From positions 15,810,001 through 15,874,000 of the forward strand of contig CM075989.1 in NCBI GenBank assembly GCA_038087875.1: a stretch of 64,000 bases of DNA, in the 5' to 3' direction. Below the pieces are notes generated by a model. That model was not told the DNA's origin and did no database searches. It was given only the letters and a program-made list of their open reading frames with translations. Positions 1 to 11,158 of the stretch are shown piece by piece. Within the stretch, counting starts at the first letter, position 1, and each line of letters starts with the position of its first letter. This DNA is from Malacoraja senta (lineage: Eukaryota). The translations under genes and the position numbers were made by a program.

Positions 1-255
1 CGATGCCGGAGCACCATCACCCGGCGAGAACATCGGGCGCCGTGGCGGCGACTGTGGAGGCCTCAGTGGGCCCGACTCTGGGTGGACAAGAGGATGGGGA
101 CTGGACTTTGTGCCTTCCCCCACAGTGGGGACCACTGTGGGGGGATGTTTTGGTGTTGAACTTCTTTTTAATACTATGTTGTATTTTATTAGTGTGCTGC
201 AAGGACATCTGAATTTTCCCTGAATAAGGGGATTAATAAAGTCTAATTCAATTCA
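1..255 (+). mobile_element. 3' part of an unclassified non-autonomous retroposon with a hairpin core and LINE-type tail
   Basis: GC/CpG-rich body, 12-bp hairpin at 117-143, ends GGGATTAATAAAGT plus (AATTC)n; the core recurs at about 43686-43880. Confidence 0.5.
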
Positions 256-523
256 AAAAGTGCTAAAATAGATTAAGAATAAAGTGTTGACATTGCAGGA
301 ATTTGCTTAAGGCAATGATTCTAGGCATTGCTTGGCTTGATTCTAACAATGATACTGAGTCAAAAGAAGTCATTAATGGATAGGACAGAACCAAACTGGA
401 GTTGGTTACAGTATAACTCTTTCTTTCTTAACAGAGCTGTAAACAGTTCAAAAGCATTTGGATTAAGAGGTTGGTCTAAAGTTGATCTGTGGCTTCTACA
501 AAAGGCTACTTGCCTCAGCAAAT

Positions 524-1851
524 CATAGAAACATCCAAACATAGAAACATACAAAATAGGTGCAGGAGTAGGCCATTCGGCTCTTCGAGCCAGCACGCCA
601 TTTAATATGGTCATGGCTGATCATCCTAAATCAGTACATCATTCCTGTTTTCTCCCCATATCCCTTGATTCCGTTAGCCCTAAGAGCTATATCTAACTCT
701 CTCTTTAAAACATCCAGGGAATTGGCTTCCACTGCCTTCTGTGGCAGAGAATTCCACAGATTCACAACTCTCTGGGTGAAAAAGTTTTTCATCATCTCAG
801 TCCGAAATGGCCTATCTCATATTCTTTATTTTTTATTTATTTTTTAAATTTTTTATTTTATTTTTGTTAGAAGTAAGTACAATAATGTGGTACCACAGTA
901 CCTAATACTTGTTGACATATTACATTTCATATACAACTTCTTATTATTAATTTAATAATAAAGGAGGAGTAAGGGAGAAAGGGAGAAAAGAAGAGATTGG
1001 CATAGAGTGTTGCGTGAAATAGAAAGATAGCCCGAGAGAAGAAAGAAGAAAGAAGAAGAAGAAGTAGAAAGAGAAAGAGAAAGAGACGAAATAGAGAAGA
1101 AGAAAACAAAAAGGGAAAAAGGAGATTGAAAGCGATATATCTATTTAATATTCCTGGCCACCCGTCGCCTGATTCTGAACCATTTTATTTCTATGGTTGT
1201 GTTGCACCATATGCTTGTAAGAAGTCGAGAAAAGGAGACCAAATCAATAAGAATTGGTCTACTTTACCTGCTAGAAGGAGTCGCATTTCTTCAAGATATG
1301 CCGTTTCCGACATATTTGAAATCCACATTTTGAGCGTTGGTGTTGGTGCATTTTTCCAAAATTTAAGTATGAGTTTTTTTGCCGTTATTAAACCGTAATT
1401 AAGTAGAGATTTTTGAAACGTATTTAGCTTATTCCCATCTTCCATTGATCCAAAGATAATCCTTTCTGTATTAGGTTCAATTCTTCTATTAAATAGTTTT
1501 GTAAAAATTTCAAAAATTTCATTCCAGAATTTATGAAGTTTTATACAGGAGACAAAAGAGTGTGTTATAGTGGCATTCTCAGATAAGCATTTATCACAGA
1601 TGGGAGAGATATTTGGATAGATTTTGTTCAGTCTAGTTTTCGAGTAGTATAATCTATGTAAAATTTTAAATTGAATTAAATTATGTTTTGCATTAATCGA
1701 ACATTTATGTATGTATATCAGGTATTTTTCCCATGTTTCTTTCGAATTTTTTATCTGTAATTCTCGTTCCCAATCTGCTCTTATTGCCTCTGTCGATGGT
1801 CTATCTCATATTCTTAAACTGCGACCCCTGTTTCTGGACTCCCCCAACATC
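524..1851 (-). mobile_element. CR1 LINE 3' fragment, split by an L1 insertion
   Basis: (CATAGAAA)n tail and CR1 3' end at 524-826, continuing colinearly at 1801-1851; homologous to the CR1 copy at 26727-27316. Confidence 0.8.
827..1800 (-). mobile_element. 5'-truncated L1-clade LINE (ORF2 C-terminus, 3' UTR, A-rich tail)
   Basis: Open frame 1799-1191 (202 codons) with FKILHRLY and a CX2CX8HX4C knuckle (CDKCLSENATITHSFVSC); exact 15-bp TSD CTATCTCATATTCTT at 812-826 and 1801-1815. Confidence 0.9.
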
Positions 1852-1989
1852 CATTTGAAAATAACTAAACACAAATAACCAAGTCTGATTCTTTGGGAAT
1901 AAATTGCAGAAATGTTCAGCTGCTATGAAAGTGCACAGGTCTGAAGTGTCTGCTTCTACTGACAACACTTCTCTTGGCTTGGTGAAATA

Positions 1990-2289
1990 GGGCGCATGGT
2001 GGCGCAGCGGTAGAGTTGCTGCCTTACAGTGCCAGAGACCCGGGTTCGATCCTGGCAGGGTGCTGTCTGTATGGAGTTTGTATGTTCTCTGTGTGACCGC
2101 GTGGGTTTTCTCCGGGTGCTCCAGTTTCCTCCCACACTGCAAAGGCGTAACGGTTTGTAGGTTAATTGTCTTCGATAAAGATTGTAAATTGTCCCCAGTG
2201 TGTAGGATATTGCTAGTGTACAGGGATCGCTGGTCAGTGTGGACTTGGTGGGCGGAAGTGCCTGGTTCCGCGCTGTCTCTCTAAATTAA
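1990..2289 (+). mobile_element. tRNA-derived V-SINE (HE1-like)
   Basis: A box TGGCGCAGCGG, B box GGTTCGATCC, V-domain GGGTTTTCTCCGGGTGCTCCAGTTTCCTCCCACA, CR1-like 3' tail. Confidence 0.85.
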
Positions 2290-2502
2290 TTGGTGGTGCA
2301 TTAAACAAGTCCTGTGCTCATACAACTACTTGCTCATGGTCTGGGACACTTCTAATATATTGAACAGAGAAATGTTTTTGACAATATTTAAAAGGGGAAA
2401 GAAATCAGATCCTGTTATTTAGCAACAGTGGAAGAAAAGATGGTAAAAGTATTGAACGAAAAGCGTTCTAAGATGGTTTGGAATGGCTGGTTATTAGAAA
2501 AT

Positions 2503-2634
2503 GTCTGAAGAAGGGTCTCGACCCGAATCATCACCCATTCCTTCTTTCCAGAGATGCTGCCTGTCCTGATGGGTTACCCCAGCTTTTTGTGTCTTCCTTC
2601 TGTTTAAACCAGCATCTGCAGTTCTTTCCTACGC
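2503..2634 (+). mobile_element. Penelope-like pLTR remnant with decayed hammerhead motif
   Basis: CTGAAGAAGGGTCTCGACCCGAAT; TSD ATTAGAAAAT at 2493-2502 and 2635-2644. Confidence 0.75.
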
Positions 2635-3221
2635 ATTAGAAAATACTAGGTCTCTTCAGGAAATTGAAGATTTTCCTCAATGGTTGAATAAAGTGGCCAA
2701 ATTAATGGCTGATAGTTCAATGGATTTTCTGTAAACAATTATTGTTTGCTTTTTGTGCTAAATGTGGACACACACTAATAGTACACCATTTCTGAAATCC
2801 CCTGCAGCAACATCAATGACTTTCAGAAGTAGAGTACAATACCCAGTGTGGCATATATCCAAACTTAGCACAAATCAGTGAGGACAGACTTCAATGAGAT
2901 AACCTTGTCATATAAAGCAGACTACTCAACCCAGTAGACCTTCCCTTATCTGCTTTCAACACATGAACACATTTGCTTGAATACAGGGACCAACACTGTG
3001 CATGGTATTGTATATCTGGCCTCACCAATGCCCCCACATCCCTAAAGCATTACCTCTCTACTTTGTATTAACTTCCCCTCCTAATGACAATGACTTTCAA
3101 AACCTTCCCTCCTCATCTGCTTCATTTGCACACAAGCCTCTGCAATCTCTCACCATTTGGATACAATTATTTGCTTTTATTGTCCTGCCAAGGTGTACAA
3201 ACAGAAGTTTTATTGTGTACA

Positions 3222-3360
3222 TGTTTAAGAAAGAACTGCAGATGCTGGAAAAATCGAAGGTAGACAAAAATGCTGGAGAAACTCAGTGGGTGAGGCAGCA
3301 TCTATGGAGCGAAGGAATAGGTGATGTTTCAGGTCAAGACCCTTCTTCAGACTTCTTGTG
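3222..3360 (-). mobile_element. Penelope-like pLTR remnant
   Basis: Same family in reverse orientation; TSD TTATTGTGTACA at 3210-3221 and 3361-3372. Confidence 0.75.
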
Positions 3361-4719
3361 TTATTGTGTACAGGTTTGTTACCTGAAGGATGTGCATAGG
3401 TTCCTTGCAATGAACACATTATGGACTAGATGTGATGTATGCCAAATACTTCTGTTTCCTTATGTGTGCATGTTACATTGCTGTGTGTGGAATAGCCCTT
3501 TGGACCCCGGTGAATGGTTGGTATAGAAACCAGGACAGGGTGGTTTTGGTTAGAACAGGTGGTCTTTCTCTTCGTCTATGCATACGGGGTCTTAATATTT
3601 ATTTAACTTCACATTGAACCTTTTAGATAGCAACTACAGCCATCATCAAAAGGGTACACTATCATCGTATATACATGTTTGTCATTCCTGTTTAAATATG
3701 CACAACTTAACAATTATCTACATTAAATCCATTTGCCATTCTTTCCCCCCTCCATTTATTTAAGAGGCCTGAGCATTGAATGAGGTTTATGTCTTGGTAT
3801 CAACTTGGTATCATAAACATAATATATATCACTGAAAGTATTTCACATAAAACTGTTTATAAAAAGTGTAAACAGCAGGGAACGCGGGACCACTCACCAC
3901 CCCTCAGGAACAGCTTTGTCCGTTCCCCGACACTTTCCTCCCCACTGCTAATGTTTGGGTGGAGTTCAATCCAGGAGAGCTGGAAGTCACCTGGTCACGG
4001 TTTCATCACAAAGATGGGACAGGTTGGTGTCATGTGCACAAAAACTTTAGGAATCCGCTTTCAATCGAATTGCTCCTCGCGTCTATAGAAAATTCAAAGC
4101 TGAAGGGAAAATTAGCATTTTCTTTTCCGAAACAGAATTTTGGAACAAGTTTAGAATAATCTGTGCCTTGTTTCCTGTTAGGTGGATGTGGTGCTGCCAC
4201 GAATCTCTGCGACTGCTGGCACCCAGTCTCACTGCGCTACCATTTGGTTCAGGTAGCGCTGTGATAGAGAGAATCAAGCTGCCATTTGCACCGCGCTCAC
4301 AGCAGGGCTTTTTAGATCACTAATAAAGCTGGTGCAAACCTCAAATCATTTTGTCTGTGGCTCCATTCATGATCCAAAGTCACACAACAAAAGCCTCACA
4401 AAGGCTTAATATGCTCCTTTTGAAAAGTGAGAAGACATGGATGTGTTATATTCCATCAGCAGCACAGACACCCATTCATCACATTTTCCCAATGAGGCAT
4501 CTGTCAGTTAAATAATCTGGCTTTCCTATTTTTTTGTGTTTGTAATTATGCGCTTGATGTGCCGTGTTTTATGTTACTCCTCTTGAGGGTGAGTTACAGG
4601 AGGAATGTGGCCCAAATCATGCGTTGGGGATTAGTGACTCTGGAAAGTGAAAACCCTTGGTGAAGAACCGCAGGAAATTCCTACCTGATGGCAATAAAAA
4701 CAGAAGAACAAGCCAGAGA

Positions 4720-4845
4720 CTCGAGAAACTGCAGATGCTGAGATCTTGAGCAAAAACACAAAGTGCTGGAGGTACTCAGCAAGTCAGGCAGCATCTGTGG
4801 AGGGGAATGGACAGACAACGTTTAGGGTCGCGACCCTTCTTCGGA
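4720..4845 (-). mobile_element. Penelope-like pLTR remnant
   Basis: AACTGCAGATGCTG...GGGTCGCGACCCTTCTTC family motif; ends approximate. Confidence 0.65.
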
Positions 4846-4974
4846 TGGAAAGACGACGTGGGAGTGGGACGAAAGCCCCTACCAATGGACCTCTGCACAT
4901 TATGTGATGATGGATGGCTCTCTACTTTGAGTAAAATTTTAGAGAATGTAAAATAATTTCATGGATTCATACAG

Positions 4975-5285
4975 AGAAAGAGCATAGAAACTGGCCCTGC
5001 GACCGACCCCATCCGTTCATCCATTTTTACACTCATCCTACTACCCTACCCCATTCCATTCTCTTCACATTCTCATTAGCTCCCACTCACAAGAGTAATT
5101 TACAGTGACCATTTAACCTAATAAACTGTACATTTCTTGGATATGGAATGAAAGGTGAGCAGCAGGGAAAGATCCACATGGTCACAGAGAAAACACGCGA
5201 ACTCCACACAGACAGTGCACGAGGTCAAGGATGAATGTGGAGTCAGTCGCAATGAGGCAGTAGCTCTACTAGCTGCACCACTGTT
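4975..5285 (-). mobile_element. V-SINE, diverged
   Basis: Reverse complement of the 1990-2289 family; ends approximate. Confidence 0.65.
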
Positions 5286-5351
5286 CCTCCCTTTATCATC
5301 TTGGTCAAGTGTGGTTTTTACTCGCCTGCCTGACTGAAACCAGACAATTAA

Positions 5352-5660
5352 CCATAGGATTGCAGAAGCCCTGCCGCACAGAAGGAGGTCATTCGGCCCA
5401 TCGTGTCTGTGTTGGCCAGGAGATGCTCGCCGCCTTTCATCTTGCAACGCTGGGTCTGTAGCCCATTATCTGGAGCCCATTTAAATGCAATGAGGTTTCG
5501 GCACCCACTACCCTTTCACACAGTGAGTGCCAGAACCCTGCCAAGCTCTGGGTGAAAAACCTTCTCATCCTTTCCCCTCCCATACGTCTACAAATGATTT
5601 TAAATCTATGTCCCTGCTCTGGTTTTTGACCCTTCTGCTAAAGAAAACAGGGCCTCGTTA
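5352..5660 (-). mobile_element. CR1 LINE 3' fragment, diverged
   Basis: GAGGTCATTCGGCCCATCG tail hairpin and CTCTGGGTGAAAAA motif as in other CR1 tails; ends approximate. Confidence 0.55.
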
Positions 5661-6964
5661 TTTATTATACATTTAACATTGCCCCTGGGGTTTGCTGCAG
5701 CCTTCCTGTGGGTTCTGAATGTAGCTGGCGTAGAGGACACCAGCTGAAGTCCAGCGATGCCTTTCCTTGGATCAAATTCCCTTGAGGCAATTGGGGCCCA
5801 ACTACAGGATAGCTGCTGGTACTTGCCTGGCCCATCTCACAATCACTTACCCAAGTAACTGCACTGGCCCTTTCATGGTCCTGTTACTTGCTGTTCCACT
5901 GCCACAACCCATCTTGATTCCAATCCCTTAAAACATGGTGACCCCACTTTGCCGAGATCAGGATGGATGGTAGCCTGACTTGCCCTCCACTCTTCCGACT
6001 CACGCCCTGAGTGAGAACCGTGCCTTTAAATATGTGGAATCTCCATGGCAGATATATTTATTGTTCATTAATCTATTTGTCGTGAATGAAGAGGTCGCTC
6101 TTTAAACTCTCACCTATTTATTTTAATGGGAGGTTTATTCCTGTGGTCAAAGGTATTAACACTCCCATCAAATCATTTCTTATACCTGAATAACTTTTAA
6201 CAAAGCAATTACATTGAAGCTTCCAATAATGAGATTTAAAAGGCAAGAAAAATTTAAAAGAGGAAGTCTGAGAGAAAAGTAAAAATTAAACTAAACTGGA
6301 TTTTTTAAAAATCCCCATTATTGCCTGTGTATTTTGGCAGTACTGGATTGGATCAGTTCAAATATAAACAGCAGCTGAATCAAAATTACAGTCGCAGACT
6401 AAATAAATGAATCTCATGCTCCTCGGTGCATCTGTGGCCAGTCAAACCACTTCTCATGCATGAATTTAACAGAAATGCTTCCTCAAGAAAAATTATCTTG
6501 GCGATTTACACTTCAAAGGTGTAATTCAGTCATGACAGAGCTTCCTGTACTGAAAATCTGGCCGGTCCCCAGCTCAATCTGTGAAAGCACTGAAGATGAC
6601 TAGTGAGTGGAACACATGCAGTTTGAGGCAGCCTTTCCCATGCTCTCTGTACCTACCATTCATTTGATGTGTAGATCTGTGCTGTGTTGTTAATATCCCA
6701 TCTCATAACTTTGGAGACATCAGTCTTAATACAGTTTTTTATTTTTTGACTGTATCAACACCGCACGCTCACTGCAGAATATTTCACAAAATAAACAGAG
6801 TATCTTCTGTGCCTTTTGTTGTAATTAATGAGGAGTCACTAATCTTCTGAAGGTCAGCATGCTAAATGGTTCCAGGATTACCTTGCGGAATGTGTAGGAT
6901 TTGGAATGGGATCATGAAGTTTACAGAGAAGCATGTTTTTCCTGTGATGTCATCATGCCGATGC

Positions 6965-7058
6965 CTGATGAAGGGTCTCGACCCGAAACGTCACCTATTC
7001 CTTTTCTCCAGAGATGCTGCCTGACCCGCTGAGTTACTCCAGCTTTTTGAGTCTATCC
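6965..7058 (+). mobile_element. Penelope-like pLTR remnant with intact minimal hammerhead core (6965-6992)
   Basis: CTGATGA-A-GGGTC-TC-GACCC-GAAAC-GTC. Confidence 0.75.
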
Positions 7059-7218
7059 CAGGAACAATCATTTGATTTATGGAATTATTACAAAATGGGG
7101 TATTTACTGTATTTATAGAAGGACGAAGTATGGTTTGTTTTGATAACTTTTTTCTATCGTGGAGCAAGAAACACGCAGAGAGACTCACACCAAACCATTA
7201 ACTCACTTGAAAGGCAGT

Positions 7219-7361
7219 CTTCCTCTTCTTCTTGTGTATGGCGCGCACAGCCTAAAGTTGTAGGACAACTTGTTCTATTTGATCTTATTTGATTGTGCAC
7301 ACCGGGTTGATTGCATTCGTCGAAACAGCGCGGACCACGTGAAGGTTGCAATCTTCCACCC
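7219..7361 (-). mobile_element. 143-bp non-autonomous retroposon (Ingi/Vingi-like): HDV-like ribozyme head plus (AAG)n tail
   Basis: TSD ACTTGAAAGGCAGT (7205-7218) / ACTTAAAAGTCAGT (7362-7375), 12/14 identical; 3' end CGCCATACACAAGAAGAAGAGGAAG. Confidence 0.65.
7309..7361 (-). ncRNA. Minimal HDV-like self-cleaving ribozyme motif (P1 partly decayed)
   Basis: P1 GGGUGG/CCGCGC(U), P2 GAUUGCA/UGCAAUC (7/7), P3 ACC/GGU, L3 UUCACGU, residual P4 U-UUCG-A, J4/2 CGAA; elements occur in the canonical HDV order. Confidence 0.65.
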
Positions 7362-7434
7362 ACTTAAAAGTCAGTATTTTAACAGTGGAGAACGCGTTAT
7401 GAAGGAAAGTCAGCCACTTTTGAATTTCTTGTTT

Positions 7435-7675
7435 AAGGAGGAATTTCTTTAGCCTGAATCTGTGGAATTAATTGCCATAGATGGCTGTGGAGGCCAAATC
7501 ATTGGGTATTTTAAAGCGGAGATTGATAGGTTCTTGATTAGTAAGGGCGTCAAAGGTTACGGGGAGAAGGCACAAGAATGGGGTTGAGAGGGAAAAATAG
7601 ATCAGCCTTGATCAAATGGCGGAGCAGACACGATGGGCCGAATGGCCTAATAGTGCTCCTATGTCTATTGTCTTA
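7435..7675 (+). mobile_element. CR1 LINE 3' fragment
   Basis: TGAATCTGTGGAAT...GATGGGCCGAATGGCCT 3' end. Confidence 0.75.
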
Positions 7676-8696
7676 TTTTTCTCAGTATAGAATTGGTTGC
7701 CGATTTGTACAGTACTTCTGAAGTTCTGAAGCTGGCTTTAGTGGAAGTGGGTTTCAATGGTGAGGTGCAGTATGCAGCCATGACTGCACGGCATGTTGAG
7801 CACAAGCAATGAAAATGAATTTCTGCTTGAGTCTGCTTGATCCTGCTTGATCCTGCTTCTGCTTGATCCATCGGGAAGAGAACAATGTCCCTCCCATTGG
7901 CAGCCCTCCTGATGGTTGACTTTCAAATGTTTAGCAATTCCTGGCTGCAGCGACATTGAAAACTAATGGCATTGTGGATCTCGTTCACTTTTAGCTTAGA
8001 ATTGTGATCACAGCAGTGAGAATTATTGACTGGGAAATATTTTCTGTGAAGCGTGGATGCTTTACGGATGCATGGCTGAGATTCGCACGAGAGGCTTGCA
8101 TGAAGTTCTTGGGTTGAGGTGGTCTCCCCCTTGTGGGGCTGAAAGTTCTTCCATCTCTTCCAGCATCCCATCCCACTCCAAGTGCCCTACCTCTTTCTCT
8201 GCATGCTTCTTCCTCTCCTGCAACATTTCATTCTCCCTGTCTCGTTGTACCCTTGCAGTGGTGCAAATACTGTTTAACATCAATCCCAATCTGCTGTGAC
8301 TCTGGTTGAGTAAAAGCAAAAGCTAGCAGATAAAAACCAGTATCATACCTGCACAAAGTTGATTGCATTAAATGGTGCACTGGGGGATCTGCCTTGTCGT
8401 TTTTGCATGCTCAGTTATATAAGGCTAATAAGTGTTAGTAGACCAGGTCACCAACGTACCATTCTAGGGGTAAGTGAGAGAAACACGTCTGAGAGAAGCA
8501 CAAGAATGAGGATATCTAAATAAGCAGGACAGAGAGACAAACAGCAAACTGTTGGAGGAACTCAGAGTGTTAGGCAGCAACTGTGGAGGGAAATAAATCT
8601 ATGACTTTTTGGGTCATGACCTTTTTTCAAACAATAGCCGAGAGCTGTGACTGGCCTCGGCATGGCAGAGGTCAGTGGGCTAGACAACCGTGGCAG

Positions 8697-9334
8697 AGGG
8701 CGGCACAGTGGCGCAGCGGTAGAGTTGCTGCCTTAAGGGGCTGTCCCACTGTACGAGCTAATTCAAGAGTTCTCCCGAGTTTCCCCTGATTCGAACTCGG
8801 AGAATTACGGTAATAGCCGCTCGTAGGTACTCGGGGCTCTCGTGGACATTTTTCAATATGTTGAAATATCTTCACGAATCTTCACGGGCTTACCGCGTTG
8901 CCCGAGTACCTGCCGTTAGCGTTACGAGCCACTAAGAGACGTCCTGAGCTCCGACGTACCCGCTACATACATTCTACGTGCTTACCACGAGTTTGATTTT
9001 TTTTTAAACTCGGGAGAGCTCTTGAATTACCTCGTACAGTGGGACAGGCCCTTTACAGCGGCAGAGACCTAGCTTCGATCCTGCCACAGGTGCTGTCTGT
9101 ACGGAGTTTGTACATTCTCCCCGTGACCTGTGTGGGCTTTCTCCGGGCGCTCTAGTTTCTCCCACACGCCAAAGATGTACAGGTTTGTAGGTTAATTGGC
9201 TTCGGCAAAATTGTAAATTGTCCCTGGTGTGCATGGGATAGGGTCCTACTGGTTCACTGGTTGGCGCGGATCACTGGTTGGCGCGGACTTGGTGGGCCGA
9301 ATAGCCTGTTTCCGCCCTGTAAACTAAACTAAAC
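8697..9334 (+). mobile_element. V-SINE interrupted by a MITE
   Basis: tRNA head 8697-8735 resumes at 9053; (AAACT)n tail. Confidence 0.85.
8736..9052. mobile_element. 317-bp MITE, PIF/Harbinger (Tourist-like)
   Basis: 47-bp TIRs (8736-8782 / 9006-9052, 3 mismatches) starting AGGG; TTA TSD at 8733-8735 and 9053-9055. Confidence 0.85.
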
Positions 9335-9667
9335 CAGCCATGCCTGCAGGTTGAACCAGGTACATTGTCAATACTAGGTCTCGCTAAATGTGCGCACTTC
9401 CTCTTTCTAAAATTCACTTGTGGGATGAATTTTGCCGCTTATCAACTACTGGCAGAAGGCTGCTTATTGCATAAGGCGTGGGCTGTTTCGTTTCCCGAGG
9501 AGTGTGAATAGAAAGTAGGCCAACTAAAGAGCATTGGGCCAAGGACATTACGGTACTTATTCCTGGAGTTGATGACCAGGTGTTGGCACGATAGACCTTC
9601 CGCAAAGACAGCTATCATCCTTGTGCAAGGTGTGACTTCAACTAATGTAGTTTCCTTCCCTTTGGCA

Positions 9668-10025
9668 CAGAGAATAGAATCACAGTCATACAATGCAGAA
9701 ACAGGCCATTTGGCCCATCGAGTCAATGGTGATCATCAACCACCCATTTACACTAATCCTGCACCAATCCCATTTTATTATCCCCGCATCCCATCATCTC
9801 TCTCCAGATTCTACTATTCACAAACGCAGTGGAGACAATTTGCAGAGGACCAATTAACCCACCGACCTGCACGTCTTTGGGATGTGTGAGGAAACTGGAG
9901 CACCCGGTGGAAACCCACGCAATCACAGGGAGAACGTGCAAACTCCACACCGCCAGCACCCCCCGAGGTCAGGAATGAACCGGGCTCCCTGGAGCTGTGA
10001 GGCAGCAGCTCTACCCGCTGTGTCA
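9668..10025 (-). mobile_element. V-SINE
   Basis: Reverse V-domain GAGGAAACTGGAGCACCCGGTGGAAACCCACGC and tRNA head. Confidence 0.75.
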
Positions 10026-10286
10026 GCGGCTTCAGGATGCCACACGTGGTCAGATGCTACCAAGGTGACAAGGGGAGTCCGGCACCTCTTCTGCAAATGC
10101 TCTTGATGGGGGTGTGAATGTTAATTTTGGAACTGAGATGCAAAGAGTGGAAGGTGGAAATGTGGATGTAGGTGGCACTCCAGCCACTGTCACCGAGTGG
10201 TGCAACAGCCCTGGGGGGGTGGGGGAAGGGAGTGACTAACAACCAGTTCCCGCATTCCACCTGTATGTCTCACATTTGTTGGTGTC

Positions 10287-10486
10287 NNNNNNNNNNNNNN
10301 NNNNNNNNNNNNNNNNNNNNNNNNNNNNNNNNNNNNNNNNNNNNNNNNNNNNNNNNNNNNNNNNNNNNNNNNNNNNNNNNNNNNNNNNNNNNNNNNNNNN
10401 NNNNNNNNNNNNNNNNNNNNNNNNNNNNNNNNNNNNNNNNNNNNNNNNNNNNNNNNNNNNNNNNNNNNNNNNNNNNNNNNNNNNNN
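10287..10486. other. Assembly gap (200 N)
   Basis: Run of N. Confidence 1.
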
Positions 10487-10605
10487 TTCCTTAGAAGGGG
10501 AAGGAAATTCGGCATGTCTCCAATGACAGACACAAAATGCTGGAGTAACTCAGTAGGACAGGCAGCATCTCTGGATAGAAGAATCTGGAAAGATCTTATG
10601 TCTCC

Positions 10606-11158
10606 AATGACTTGTACCAATTACAACAGATGCACCATAGAAAGTATCCAATCTGGAATCATCGCAGCTTGCTTTGACAACTGCTCTGCCCAAGATCTCA
10701 AGAAATTGCAGAGAGTTGTGAACTCAGCTCAGTTCATCACAGAAACCAACCTTACCTCCCCCACCCACCCACCCCTCAGTCAACTCCATCTACACTTCAC
10801 GCTGTCTCAGGAAAGCAGCCAACATAATCATGGACCAGTCACACTCTGGTCATTCTCTATTCTCCCCTCTCCCGTGGGGTAGAAGGTAAAAAATCTTGAA
10901 AGCGCACATCACTTGATTCAAGAAAGCTTCTTCCCAGCAGTTATCAGTCTCATGGAGCGACTTCTCAAATGCTACAGATGTTTGTCCAATCTCCCCAATC
11001 TATCTTGTTGTGGTTCTTGAACTGCAACTGTAAACACTATTCTGCATTCTGTTTATTTTCCCTTTTTACCCTACCTGCTGTACTCATCCATGGTTTGCCT
11101 GGATAGCACGCTAAATAAAGTTTTTCACAGTATCTTGGTACATACGACAATAATCACC
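10606..11158 (+). mobile_element. Rex1/Babar-type LINE 3' fragment (decayed)
   Basis: Translates YNRCTIESIQSGIIAACFDNCSAQDLKKLQRVVNSAQFIT, resembling the Rex1/Babar ORF C-terminus; GACAATAA tail. Confidence 0.7.

Noticed and set aside
1990-2060. tRNA-like sequence with A and B boxes (and similar copies elsewhere)
   Set aside because: SINE heads continuing into the V-domain; no cloverleaf acceptor stem.
3002-3526. 174-aa ORF
   Set aside because: Spans decayed CR1 and Penelope-like sequence; no recognisable domain.
8062-8319. Charged ORF resembling an RTE-type LINE C-terminus
   Set aside because: Similarity too weak to call.
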